A DNA stretch of 64,000 bases from Lachnospiraceae bacterium (lineage in GTDB: Bacteria; Bacillota; Clostridia; Lachnospirales; Lachnospiraceae): assembly GCA_045587325.1 (NCBI GenBank), contig JAZNBY010000181.1, forward strand, positions 3,265 to 67,264. The letters run 5' to 3'. Under the pieces are notes generated by a model that saw only the letters and a list, made by a program, of their open reading frames with translations, was not told where the DNA came from and searched no databases. This document shows, in pieces, positions 16,697 to 25,172 of the stretch (within the stretch, counting starts at the first letter, position 1; every line of letters begins with the position of its first letter). The translations under genes were made by a program, and so were the position numbers.

Positions 16697-17060
16697 TTAT
16701 AATATGCCTACGAACCCGGCCTTTGCCGTGACGCGTTCCACTTTCCCAGCTTCGCTGTCCTTCTCCTCCGCTGCCGGTGCCCGCGCACTGGAGTGCGCTC
16801 ATGTCGGTCGGTCCTTGCGTCCCTTCCCTCCTCCTTCCTCCCTTCGGGAGCCGCCTGGAGGCGGAAAAACATAATTAAGATGGGTTCCCATGGTGGGGTA
16901 GTGCTTCCCCTCTTAGGCATATTATAACTAAGTTGTGTAGATAATATCTTGTCACGCAGAAGCTAAGGGGGACTTGCCCTCTCCGGGAGGTTCCCTTTGG
17001 CTTGGCAGCGGGGCAGCGGCAGTGAGAGATTTTCTTGAGCGTGACTAAGGCGCACCATGC
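16697..17060. other. GC-rich structured island: a 203-nt core bounded by a perfect 14-bp inverted repeat, plus a second stem-enclosed module
   Basis: TTATAATATGCCTA (16697..16710) pairs with TAGGCATATTATAA (16914..16927). Internal hairpins GCGCAC-TGGA-GTGCGC, CCGCC-TGGA-GGCGG and CTCC-CTTCG-GGAG. Second module closed by GTCACGC (16951) and GCGTGAC (17039). Clearly more GC-rich than the flanks. Confidence 0.5.
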
Positions 17061-17097
17061 CTAGAGCATATTATCACGATTTTACTTCAATAATATA

Positions 17098-17126
17098 TTG
17101 ACACCAGCACTTTTTAGTGGTATACT
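17098..17126 (+). promoter_or_regulatory. Near-consensus promoter
   Basis: TTGACA, 17-nt spacer, TATACT, 40 nt upstream of ORF 17168. Confidence 0.7.
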
Positions 17127-17167
17127 GATATTAGATAAGAACAGGTGTTTGTAGAGGGGGTGCGTTT

Positions 17168-17413
17168 ATGCAACATGATTTCAGTAACGGAGCCGATATT
17201 GTGGCTATAATTTCCATGGGTGATGATGAATATGTATTTGCCGCCCGTGACGAGGAAGGAATTGCAGATTTTCTCTGTGATGTGATCGGAGAGCGGGAGT
17301 GTGAGGTAAACGGAGTGCCGGTATTCATTGAGGCATCCAGTTGGTGTCCTTTAGCCGGTATCGGTGCGACTTATGAGGATGAGGAATTTAGTATCTATAT
17401 TGATGAAGCGTAG
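17168..17413 (+). CDS. Hypothetical acidic protein, 81 aa
   Basis: RBS-like GAGGGGG upstream. First gene after the promoter. Confidence 0.55.
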   Translation: MQHDFSNGADIVAIISMGDDEYVFAARDEEGIADFLCDVIGERECEVNGVPVFIEASSWCPLAGIGATYEDEEFSIYIDEA

Positions 17414-17446
17414 TTTTCACATATTGGGTTTTGGAGGTGATATTTG

Positions 17447-17839
17447 ATGTACAAGGTAGAGAAGATTCTATCCGGAAGTCTTGAGTTATTACCGGATATT
17501 GTTGATACTCCTATTTGGGAAGACTTTGATGGATTTAATGGTAAGTGTACCAAATCGGTTCGTCTTATTGGAACATTATATAAAGCCATCGAACAGAGAG
17601 AGAATTACTATCAATTAAATACACCTACCGCTTTTGGCGATCCTCAATACACTTTTCGTTGTGGTATTGTGATTGGAATATTACAGGGTGCAGAGTTGGA
17701 GGAGTGTGTTGAGAACGGCAAGATAGTTATTAAAAAGAACAATAGGAGAATTCTCTTGATTGATAAGGTTAAGCGCCCACCATCTTACTACGATGCTGTT
17801 AAAGAAAATAGTAGTACGCTGCGTGAGCTGGGAATGTAG
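17447..17839 (+). CDS. Hypothetical protein, 130 aa
   Basis: ATG 7 nt after GGAGGTG. Confidence 0.6.
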   Translation: MYKVEKILSGSLELLPDIVDTPIWEDFDGFNGKCTKSVRLIGTLYKAIEQRENYYQLNTPTAFGDPQYTFRCGIVIGILQGAELEECVENGKIVIKKNNRRILLIDKVKRPPSYYDAVKENSSTLRELGM

Positions 17840-17850
17840 GAGGTGATACA

Positions 17851-18774
17851 ATGGTGGATGTTATGTCCGAATATATCTCGGAACTTTTCTTATCTGAGGT
17901 ATATCCATACATAGAAAGCAAATTTCGAAATAATACTTCAAAGAGCAATTACCGGATTGCACTGAATCATATCTGCGACTTCTGTAAAAAGGATTTCATT
18001 GACCTTACGGAGTCTGATGTGGGACGGTATTTTGATGCAATGATGAGCGGTTCCCTTAGAAGCAACAAGGACAGGCCTTTTACCAAGTCGGCTGTTTCTG
18101 TTCGCCTGGCGTGTCTGCGCTCGATTGCAAATTCATTGGAATCGTCTGAAGGTTTGTATCCGATTCCGCTTGATTATTCTTCTCCGTTTAAACGGATCAC
18201 GATTGCCGATACTCCGGATATTAAGTTGGGGCGGGTACCGACGGTGGAGGATATTGACCGAATTTTAAAGACCGCCGACGAGCAGATGCGTGTCATGACG
18301 CTTCTTGCCTACCGGTGCTGCCTTACCGTATCGGAGCTGATGGAATTGGAGATAACCCAATTTGCAGAGGATAAGAAGGGAAGATTGTTCATTCATTTTA
18401 CTCCGGCAGTTGCCCCGGAACGGGATGTGAAGATTCCTGATGATATTCGTCCGGATATTACACGGTATCTTGACCGTATCGGTCCGAATGCAAAGTATGT
18501 GTTCGTTAATAAGAGGGGAAATCCTTTTATAGAAAATACCCTTAACAACACCTATAAAAAAACCGTTATCCTTGCGCATACTTCGTCCCGCTGGACGCTC
18601 CAGGACATTCGCAATGCAGGTATCAGTCATATTCTGTATTCCGGAGCTGAACCGGAGAAGGTTGCAAACTTCCTCGGAGTGCTGCCGAAATGGATTAAGC
18701 GGTATGACAAGGTGGTAGAGGGGCTGGATTTACAGCCAAATGAACTGTCTGTAGTAAAAGTGATGCGGAGATAG
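17851..18774 (+). CDS. Tyrosine-recombinase-like protein with degenerate catalytic residues (possible TcpM-like atypical relaxase)
   Basis: Box I-like LLAYRCCLTVSELMELEI (Arg present). Box II reads TLQDIRNAGISHIL, with Gln where the conserved His is expected. LGV replaces LGH. Tyr candidate in KRYDKV. Confidence 0.55.
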   Translation: MVDVMSEYISELFLSEVYPYIESKFRNNTSKSNYRIALNHICDFCKKDFIDLTESDVGRYFDAMMSGSLRSNKDRPFTKSAVSVRLACLRSIANSLESSEGLYPIPLDYSSPFKRITIADTPDIKLGRVPTVEDIDRILKTADEQMRVMTLLAYRCCLTVSELMELEITQFAEDKKGRLFIHFTPAVAPERDVKIPDDIRPDITRYLDRIGPNAKYVFVNKRGNPFIENTLNNTYKKTVILAHTSSRWTLQDIRNAGISHILYSGAEPEKVANFLGVLPKWIKRYDKVVEGLDLQPNELSVVKVMRR

Positions 18775-18783
18775 GAGGATAAA

Positions 18784-19182
18784 ATGAGCAATTTGTTATT
18801 TCAAAATTCTCTTTTGGCGAGAGTTCTTGCTCCCGATATGGATGAAAATGATGAGTTTTTTTTCTCTTCGGGGGAATGCAAGGGTGGAGAAAACAAGATG
18901 AATGTAGTTGAAAAGTTATTATTGAACGGAGGAGATTATACTATGAAGATTAGTCCGAAGGAGGAAGTGTGTTGTTTTAATATCAATGCGCGTAAAGGGG
19001 TTTTGGGCATCGATGGATGGATTGTTCCTACAGAGCAGTTTGAGGCAAAGACTTTTGACGAGTGCGTTCGCATGCTTGTAGATAAATATAAGGCATCTGA
19101 AATTCAGGTTATCCCAACTCATGTCTGTGATAATAGCGTTGATAGATTCATGGTGATGCTTGCTAGTAATCGAGACAAATAG
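18784..19182 (+). CDS. Hypothetical protein, 132 aa
   Basis: RBS AGGAGG 5 nt upstream. Confidence 0.55.
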   Translation: MSNLLFQNSLLARVLAPDMDENDEFFFSSGECKGGENKMNVVEKLLLNGGDYTMKISPKEEVCCFNINARKGVLGIDGWIVPTEQFEAKTFDECVRMLVDKYKASEIQVIPTHVCDNSVDRFMVMLASNRDK

Positions 19183-19261
19183 CGGTTGTTGATTTAGCAT
19201 TGCTGGTAATACTAATAACAGGCATGATTCACATATTTTCATTATAGGGAGTATTGAGCAT

Positions 19262-20062
19262 ATGGAAGTAATGTTATTATATCTCTTTTTTGTGACTCCT
19301 GTACTTATTTATGGGGGTTCGTGGGTAGTCGGGACTTTTATCTTTAGAGTGATATTTCTGCATGAGCGTTGTCACCAATATGTACACTACATGTTCCGCA
19401 AAAATATGGAAAAACGGACGGACTGTGTTATTTTGTTAAATGAGGATAAATATAAAAGCCTGTCAGAATCAACACGGAAACGAATAAAGAAAATCATGCA
19501 CAAAAGAAATATGCGCGCAGGTTTGCGTTCATCGGAAGAAAGGGTCACTCAGGGAACATGTTATGTACCTTTTGTTGATTACCACAAGAGAAGCCATTAT
19601 TTTCTTGAAGCCTTTCTTTCCTTAGTAGCACCGTACTATGGTTGCACATGGCAAGCGATTCCGTTTGCTTTTGTTTTCGGTTTACTGGAAGACCATTTCC
19701 TAAAACTATCGTTTGGTGTGACTCGGGTAGCTGTTATTTATCTTTTGGGGTATCTTTTCACGCCGGTACTTCTTGTACTTCTTGACCCCGTGGACAAAAG
19801 GAAACAGGTAAGTGCGAAAATGGAGTCCTTTTTTTCTGAACTCAGTACACGTAAAAGTAGGGACGAAATTGAGAAATGTCTGTTATCTAGCCCGCCAGTT
19901 AGTGACGCATATAAGCTAAGACACCTCAGATGGAGTGTGGATACGGAAGCGCGGCGTAGGAAAATACTTGAGGAAAGATGTAATTATTGCGGTATTCCAT
20001 ATTTTGATACATACAGTATGATTACAGAAAAGTTAAACTCTGGCACATATGTCGAACTGTAG
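19262..20062 (+). CDS. Multi-pass membrane protein with HExxH motif (putative zincin-like peptidase)
   Basis: FLHERCHQYVHY immediately after the first TM helix, with further helices near residues 120-175. Reminiscent of small membrane zincins, but unverified. Confidence 0.5.
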   Translation: MEVMLLYLFFVTPVLIYGGSWVVGTFIFRVIFLHERCHQYVHYMFRKNMEKRTDCVILLNEDKYKSLSESTRKRIKKIMHKRNMRAGLRSSEERVTQGTCYVPFVDYHKRSHYFLEAFLSLVAPYYGCTWQAIPFAFVFGLLEDHFLKLSFGVTRVAVIYLLGYLFTPVLLVLLDPVDKRKQVSAKMESFFSELSTRKSRDEIEKCLLSSPPVSDAYKLRHLRWSVDTEARRRKILEERCNYCGIPYFDTYSMITEKLNSGTYVEL

Positions 20063-20113
20063 TCGTATTACCGCCCTTGTAAAAGACGAAGATTTGTTGT
20101 GTGGAGGTGACTT

Positions 20114-21124
20114 ATGAAGAAATTTCTTGAAGTAGTCCAGTATATATTGGGTGTGTTTCTTGCTTTTCTGGCTGTGAGCGCATTATCGACGGGCTCTGTT
20201 TTTACATTTATCTTTTTAATGATAGATGTTGCCCTATTGATACCGTTCTCACGGAGATTTCTCGAAGATACTTTTATCAAAAGAACGATTCATCCGGTAA
20301 TATTGGTTGTATTGTTGGTTGTATTCTTTCTCACCGGCATATATCAATACAAGCCGGTGGAGCCTGTCGGCGGTGTAACTCCTTCACCAACCGAAGTAGC
20401 TGATATACCGACTAAGGCCGCTGCCACTCCGACGGTTCGTGTCGCAACGCCTACACCAATCCCGATAGATAAAGAGCTTCTATTCCGGGATATTCCGTGG
20501 GGATTAAGTTACAACGAGGTTAAGGAAGAGTACCTGGGCGAATACCGTTTTATGCCACTGCACGGCGATTTTATGAAAACGATGTGCGTGGATCAAGTTC
20601 TTATGGGTGATAATTACAGTAAAAATTTTGAGTATCGGGACATAAATTTGATTTGCAATCTTTCCGTTGGTGAGATAAGCGTTGCCGGATACAAAGCAGA
20701 CAGCGTGCATATGTATTATGCGTTTTTACCGGTTGACGGTTATTTGGAGTATGAGTTGTCGGACACCTCTTTATACGGAGCATCCTATACCCTAAAACCG
20801 ATTAACCTAGCTGATGTATCTGCTGATTTATTGGGAAAACTGACTTCCCTTTACGGAAATCCTCAGTATATTACTAAAGATACAGATTTTGACAGGGTTC
20901 TTTATACAAATTATCGTTGGGTAGGATTAAACGGTACTGAGCTTGTTTTACAGACTCGCAATGCATCCTCCAGTACCGATGATAGTGAGCAAGACGAAAT
21001 AGAAATTGCATATGCATGGCGTTACGGAGATACCATGCTTCAAAACGCTTCGGACGCAATAAAGCGTCGTATCACTGAGGAAGAAAAGGATATAATCGAC
21101 AGTGATAATGTAGATGGGCTTTAA
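20114..21124 (+). CDS. Membrane protein: three N-terminal TM helices, Pro/Thr linker, extracytoplasmic domain
   Basis: RBS GGAGGTG. Helices at the N-terminus, then TPSPTEVADIPTKAAATPTVRVATPTPIP. Confidence 0.6.
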   Translation: MKKFLEVVQYILGVFLAFLAVSALSTGSVFTFIFLMIDVALLIPFSRRFLEDTFIKRTIHPVILVVLLVVFFLTGIYQYKPVEPVGGVTPSPTEVADIPTKAAATPTVRVATPTPIPIDKELLFRDIPWGLSYNEVKEEYLGEYRFMPLHGDFMKTMCVDQVLMGDNYSKNFEYRDINLICNLSVGEISVAGYKADSVHMYYAFLPVDGYLEYELSDTSLYGASYTLKPINLADVSADLLGKLTSLYGNPQYITKDTDFDRVLYTNYRWVGLNGTELVLQTRNASSSTDDSEQDEIEIAYAWRYGDTMLQNASDAIKRRITEEEKDIIDSDNVDGL

Positions 21125-22862
21125 TACTTACGAAAGGATTGATGATATGCTGGATAACGAGGCAAAGAATATACTTGGAAAGCACTTTCTTGATAAGGAT
21201 TATGCAACTAAGAAGTCCGGTGACTTGTTTAACAATAAATTTCTCGATGATTTAAACGCCAGTAGAATGCGTGCACAACTCATGGAACAGTCTCAGGAAG
21301 AAACAAATGGAGTGTTTTTCGATTTTTTTAATTGTGAGCGGCTTTTTATTTCTGCTTTTTTAACTGATGCAATGGCAAATGATTTTCCGCTGATTATCGG
21401 CACCTTTCTTAAGCAGGAGAACGGTGACATAGAGAAATATATGGAAATGGAGTATGTTAGCTCGCATAGCTTCTTATATCCTCCGTCCCATATTTTCTAT
21501 TATACATACCTTAATGCCGTCTACGAGGCATACAAGCAAGGAAGTGTTACTGCCAAGGACTTGCTGGTTCATCTGTACAAGAATTACCACAAACAGGAGT
21601 ATAACCGGCTAAAAAAATATCGTGAAGTGAGATTTAAAGACCTTGATTCCATAACAGATATCCAGAGTATTCCGAACGCATCTGCAATGTCTTTTTTTAG
21701 AGCAGCATCCCGTGTGATATGCGTAGCTAAAATTTTAGGTATTACTTTGGCAAGGGATTGTGACAGATTTCATTTTATTCTTAATGAGTTTATCGGTGAT
21801 GTGGACGATATGGAGAACTCTTACCTTGAAGATCAGGACCGTATTTTTGGAAAAGTAAACAAGAAACTTACTGATGAGTGTTTGGCCGAGGCAGAAGGAC
21901 TCCTGGCGCGCAATAAAGAACTCGATAAATATGAGGAGCAGTCTATTGACATTGCCTCAAACATCCTTGTTATGCTTGGCTATCCTGTAGATTATTTGGC
22001 CACATTGCAGCACAAGGGATATACGCCTCTCACTACTTATTGTAAATCAATTCTTCTTTATCATCTTGTTACCGGTAATTACGATTACGATGTAAGGGAA
22101 ATTACACTTATTGCGACTATGTATCACAGTATTGATATTCTGCTATATAGCATGTCGGAGCTTCAAAACGCCGCAAGAGGTATTACAAATAGCGAATGGT
22201 ACCGGGAGGTTGCCGAGGAAAACTGCCTTTTTCGTCCGGAAAGCCTTCCGCAGCGCACCCCTGCTGCCAAAACAGAGCAATCAAAATCTGTAGAAAGGAC
22301 ATCCGGTGTATCTTCAGATGTAGATACTGATGCGCTTCTGGCGGAACTTGTGGAGGTTCGTAACAAATTGCACATGAGTGAAAGTGCTGTAAAGCAATTA
22401 AAGAGCCAGGCAAGTGATATGAAGCGGCGTCTTCATACCATCGAAGAGGAGAATAGCAGTTATGAAGAAGAGCGTAAGGAACTCATTGCTCTCCGGGAGT
22501 ATGTCTATAATATGACCGAGAAAGAGGATTCTGCTCCGTCTTATACGACCGCTGCCATGAAAGAGGCCCTTGCGAAGAAGAGTATCCTTATCGTGGGCGG
22601 ACATTCAAATTGGGTAGGAAAGCTAAAGAATGAATTTCCGAACTGGAAGTTTGTTGCACCTAATGTTTCCAATACCGTGAGTGTGTCCTTGATTAAGAAT
22701 GCGGACAAGGTGTATTTCTTTACAGATACCCTTGGCCATAGTAATTACCATAAGTTTTTAAACAGTATCCGGGAGCAAGAAGTTCCGTTCGGATATATTC
22801 ACGGTGTAAATATTACGGCCAACATCCAGTATCTGTACAACGATTTGTGTTCAAATGATTAG
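21114..22862 (+). CDS. Hypothetical 582-aa protein with coiled-coil region and DUF2325-like C-terminal domain
   Basis: The C-terminus ILIVGGHSNWVGKLKNEFPNWKFV...ADKVYFFTDTLGHSNYHKFLNSIREQEVPFGYIHGVN resembles the DUF2325 pattern (VGG...D.V..FT..SH) as I remember it. Confidence 0.55.
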   Translation: MGFNTYERIDDMLDNEAKNILGKHFLDKDYATKKSGDLFNNKFLDDLNASRMRAQLMEQSQEETNGVFFDFFNCERLFISAFLTDAMANDFPLIIGTFLKQENGDIEKYMEMEYVSSHSFLYPPSHIFYYTYLNAVYEAYKQGSVTAKDLLVHLYKNYHKQEYNRLKKYREVRFKDLDSITDIQSIPNASAMSFFRAASRVICVAKILGITLARDCDRFHFILNEFIGDVDDMENSYLEDQDRIFGKVNKKLTDECLAEAEGLLARNKELDKYEEQSIDIASNILVMLGYPVDYLATLQHKGYTPLTTYCKSILLYHLVTGNYDYDVREITLIATMYHSIDILLYSMSELQNAARGITNSEWYREVAEENCLFRPESLPQRTPAAKTEQSKSVERTSGVSSDVDTDALLAELVEVRNKLHMSESAVKQLKSQASDMKRRLHTIEEENSSYEEERKELIALREYVYNMTEKEDSAPSYTTAAMKEALAKKSILIVGGHSNWVGKLKNEFPNWKFVAPNVSNTVSVSLIKNADKVYFFTDTLGHSNYHKFLNSIREQEVPFGYIHGVNITANIQYLYNDLCSND

Positions 22863-22892
22863 CTATAGCGAGCAATTCAAGTGGAGGTATAT

Positions 22893-23207
22893 ATGAATCA
22901 GAATCAGCAATATTTTATGGAAGCCCTGTCCTGTTCCCGGTCTGATGGGACGATAGAGGAAGGAGGCACATTGGTGGTACATTCGTATCGTCCGGACGGA
23001 CGGTATTCTACAGAGTATATTAAAGTGGATGTGGGACAGATTGCCGCTGCCATTTGTGCGAATGATTACGACAAACTCTTTTGCAACAGCGAAGACTATG
23101 CCGTGTTCTGCACCGCGGGAAAGCGTTTACTTGCTGGCGTGGAGGGGCTTGATGAAAAATTTATTGCGGAGCTGATGAAGGCAGTGGAGAAAGCCGGCCA
23201 AAAATGA
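22893..23207 (+). CDS. Hypothetical protein, 104 aa
   Basis: ATG after GTGGAGGT RBS. Confidence 0.55.
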   Translation: MNQNQQYFMEALSCSRSDGTIEEGGTLVVHSYRPDGRYSTEYIKVDVGQIAAAICANDYDKLFCNSEDYAVFCTAGKRLLAGVEGLDEKFIAELMKAVEKAGQK

Positions 23208-23230
23208 TAAAATAGAGTGGAGGTTCGATA

Positions 23231-23413
23231 ATGGCAAAGATTTTGTTGATTATATCGGTTATCCTGGTGTTATTAGGTATTGTCCTGTTCCTTTGTGGGA
23301 GCAGACGGAAAACAAACGGCGTGGATATGCCGTCCATCGTTGTTGCTTCTCTTATTATATTTATTTTAGGGGTTGCCGGCGTATGTGTTTCAGCCTTTAT
23401 GATGATTTTGTAA
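23231..23413 (+). CDS. Small two-TM hydrophobic protein, 60 aa
   Basis: RBS GGAGG. ILLIISVILVLLGIVLFL and VVASLIIFILGVAGVCVSAFMMIL. Confidence 0.5.
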   Translation: MAKILLIISVILVLLGIVLFLCGSRRKTNGVDMPSIVVASLIIFILGVAGVCVSAFMMIL

Positions 23414-23452
23414 AGTACTTTCGCAATTTTTTATAAGGAGGTTTGTGTTATC

Positions 23453-23917
23453 GTGTCGAAGCAGATGCAAATATCAATTAAGCAGATATATGATACATGT
23501 TATCCCCTGGATACGCCGGAGAAAGTGCTTGTTTTCAGGGAGTATGTAAAACAAAATTCTATACTAACGAGTGCAATTTTACTTGATTTTCAGATTTATC
23601 TTGAGAAAACTACGGGATCCAAAGTAAGGAAGTATGCACGCTTAATAGAAAAGTCTATTTCTGCGGACAGGAGGGTTTCGCTTGAGAATGAGCTTTATGG
23701 CCTTGGGAAAACGAAGGAGCGTCTGCCTGAGATAATAAAAAAGTTAAAAAGCAACTCACATAGCGATATAACACCGGATGAACTGAAGATGATTTTGGAC
23801 ATTATTCGTTCCGCGGATCAGACAGCCAAATTGGAACGCCTATTTTTATTTGTTTCCGGAGTAATTACCGTCATGATATTCGTTATTTTATTTCTATGGT
23901 TTAAAGGTCTTATTTAA
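23453..23917 (+). CDS. Tail-anchored membrane protein, 154 aa
   Basis: RBS AGGAGG. C-terminal helix LFLFVSGVITVMIFVILFLWF. Confidence 0.55.
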   Translation: MSKQMQISIKQIYDTCYPLDTPEKVLVFREYVKQNSILTSAILLDFQIYLEKTTGSKVRKYARLIEKSISADRRVSLENELYGLGKTKERLPEIIKKLKSNSHSDITPDELKMILDIIRSADQTAKLERLFLFVSGVITVMIFVILFLWFKGLI

Positions 23918-23977
23918 CACATAACGGTTGGTCTTTGAGGTGTGTAAAAGAGGATACAATAGATTGAGGAGGAGCGT

Positions 23978-24292
23978 ATGGGCATTACTATTTTTTGTAT
24001 TATATTCTGTATTCTGCTGTTAATCGTTCTTATAAAACTAATTACTATACATGGGCGGTCAGCTCAGGAACTGCGTAACGAGCAATTGATAAGAGAACTG
24101 TACCACACATGCAAGGCTGAGGTGCTGTTTGCTAAGGCTGCCGGGAAAGCCGAGCCGCCTTCCTTTATGAAAACTTTGTCTAAGCATTGTCCTAATTGGC
24201 TTGATGATTTTACATATACTCAGGCCAAGTGGGTTGAGGAACTTGACCATGATTTACATTCGTTATTTGAAAAAGATGAAACGGAGGTATAA
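23978..24292 (+). CDS. N-terminally anchored small protein, 104 aa
   Basis: RBS GAGGAGG. N-terminal helix ITIFCIIFCILLLIVLIKLI. Confidence 0.5.
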   Translation: MGITIFCIIFCILLLIVLIKLITIHGRSAQELRNEQLIRELYHTCKAEVLFAKAAGKAEPPSFMKTLSKHCPNWLDDFTYTQAKWVEELDHDLHSLFEKDETEV

Positions 24293-24298
24293 AAGAGT

Positions 24299-24775
24299 AT
24301 GCGTAGATTTATAAAGCTATTATTTATTTGTATATGTATTGGTGCTTTGTCCGGGTGCGGTGTCAGTAAAAGCGATAAATTTGAGCCGGATGCTCATGAA
24401 TCCACAGCGCCGACACCGGCAATAGAAGAAGCAACTGCGGATCCTGTATATTTAGAACTTCGTTTCGGTGACGGAACGGTTCTTCGCAAAGAAATATTTT
24501 TCATTACAGTGCCTAGTGAATGGATTCAAGGGCGTGCAAGCCTTAGCTTTCCGTATTATTGGAGCGAAAACTTTGAAGAGATTGATGGAGAACTAGATAC
24601 CAGGCAGAATTTGTCGTATCAGTCCACCGTCACATTTCACGATGGGCGTGTCTTATCCTTTCCGGACGCATACAGTCTGGAAGTTGATATGTTGGAGCGG
24701 ACGATCATAGTAAATCTGTGGCGGGATACGCCATATGAGACGGAAAAATCGTATTTTGATGTAATCGCTGAATAG
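24299..24775 (+). CDS. Lipoprotein, 158 aa
   Basis: Signal peptide with lipobox LFICICIGALSGC. Confidence 0.65.
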   Translation: MRRFIKLLFICICIGALSGCGVSKSDKFEPDAHESTAPTPAIEEATADPVYLELRFGDGTVLRKEIFFITVPSEWIQGRASLSFPYYWSENFEEIDGELDTRQNLSYQSTVTFHDGRVLSFPDAYSLEVDMLERTIIVNLWRDTPYETEKSYFDVIAE

Positions 24776-24798
24776 ATGTATTAGAGGAGAATATAGAT

Positions 24799-25002
24799 AT
24801 GTCATATTGTTATCTCATTTTACTTTTAATAGGAATCGTTGTTTTAGTAATTGGTTTTTGTGTTCTTCGTAAGTGCGATTCCGGAATGTACAAAATTGGT
24901 GTTGTGATTGCGGCATTGGGGTTCATCTGCTTTATGGCCGGGCTTATGGGGGTGATTGCACCTTTTATAATATCGATTTTTGATAAAGTTTCGCATGCGT
25001 AG
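24799..25002 (+). CDS. Small two-TM hydrophobic protein, 67 aa
   Basis: RBS GAGGAG. Two hydrophobic helices. Confidence 0.5.
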   Translation: MSYCYLILLLIGIVVLVIGFCVLRKCDSGMYKIGVVIAALGFICFMAGLMGVIAPFIISIFDKVSHA

Positions 25003-25029
25003 TTTCCATAAACCAGTATGTACCATTGT

Positions 25030-25130
25030 GTGGCGGTAGCTCAGTCCGGTGGAGCACTCCTGCATGGCGTCGTAAATGCGTGTAAGGAACCATGCAGGTG
25101 CTGTCGGAGGTTCAAATCCTCCCCGCCACA
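25030..25130 (+). tRNA. tRNA-like gene with canonical acceptor, D and T arms but a roughly 25-nt enlarged anticodon arm (non-canonical or pseudo)
   Basis: Acceptor GTGGCGG/CCGCCAC plus discriminator A. D arm GCTC-AGTCCGGTG-GAGC. T arm GGAGG-TTCAAAT-CCTCC. Where a 17-nt anticodon arm is expected there is a 44-nt hairpin (25057..25100) with an extended stem and a 22-nt loop. No encoded CCA. Confidence 0.55.
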
Positions 25131-25172
25131 TTATAATAATATAGTATAAAATGAAAGGATTATGTATGAGCT

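Noticed and set aside
16659-16920. ORFs on both strands inside the GC-rich island (16659..16874 plus, 16708..16920 minus)
   Set aside because: There is no RBS. The products are low-complexity Pro/Arg/Ser-rich. Open frames on both strands are expected by chance in GC-rich DNA, and the region is better explained by its inverted repeats and hairpins.
16697-17060. Group II intron fragment, retron msr/msd, or integron attC as explanations for the GC-rich island
   Set aside because: There is no reverse transcriptase or intron-encoded protein nearby. I could find no domain V-like sequence. The inverted-repeat arms lack the RYYYAAC/GTTRRRY attC core, and the adjacent recombinase is not IntI-like as far as I can judge.
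24844-25131. 95-aa minus-strand ORF overlapping the tRNA-like gene
   Set aside because: It is antisense to a sequence with a clear tRNA cloverleaf framework and has no RBS. It is a spurious ORF.
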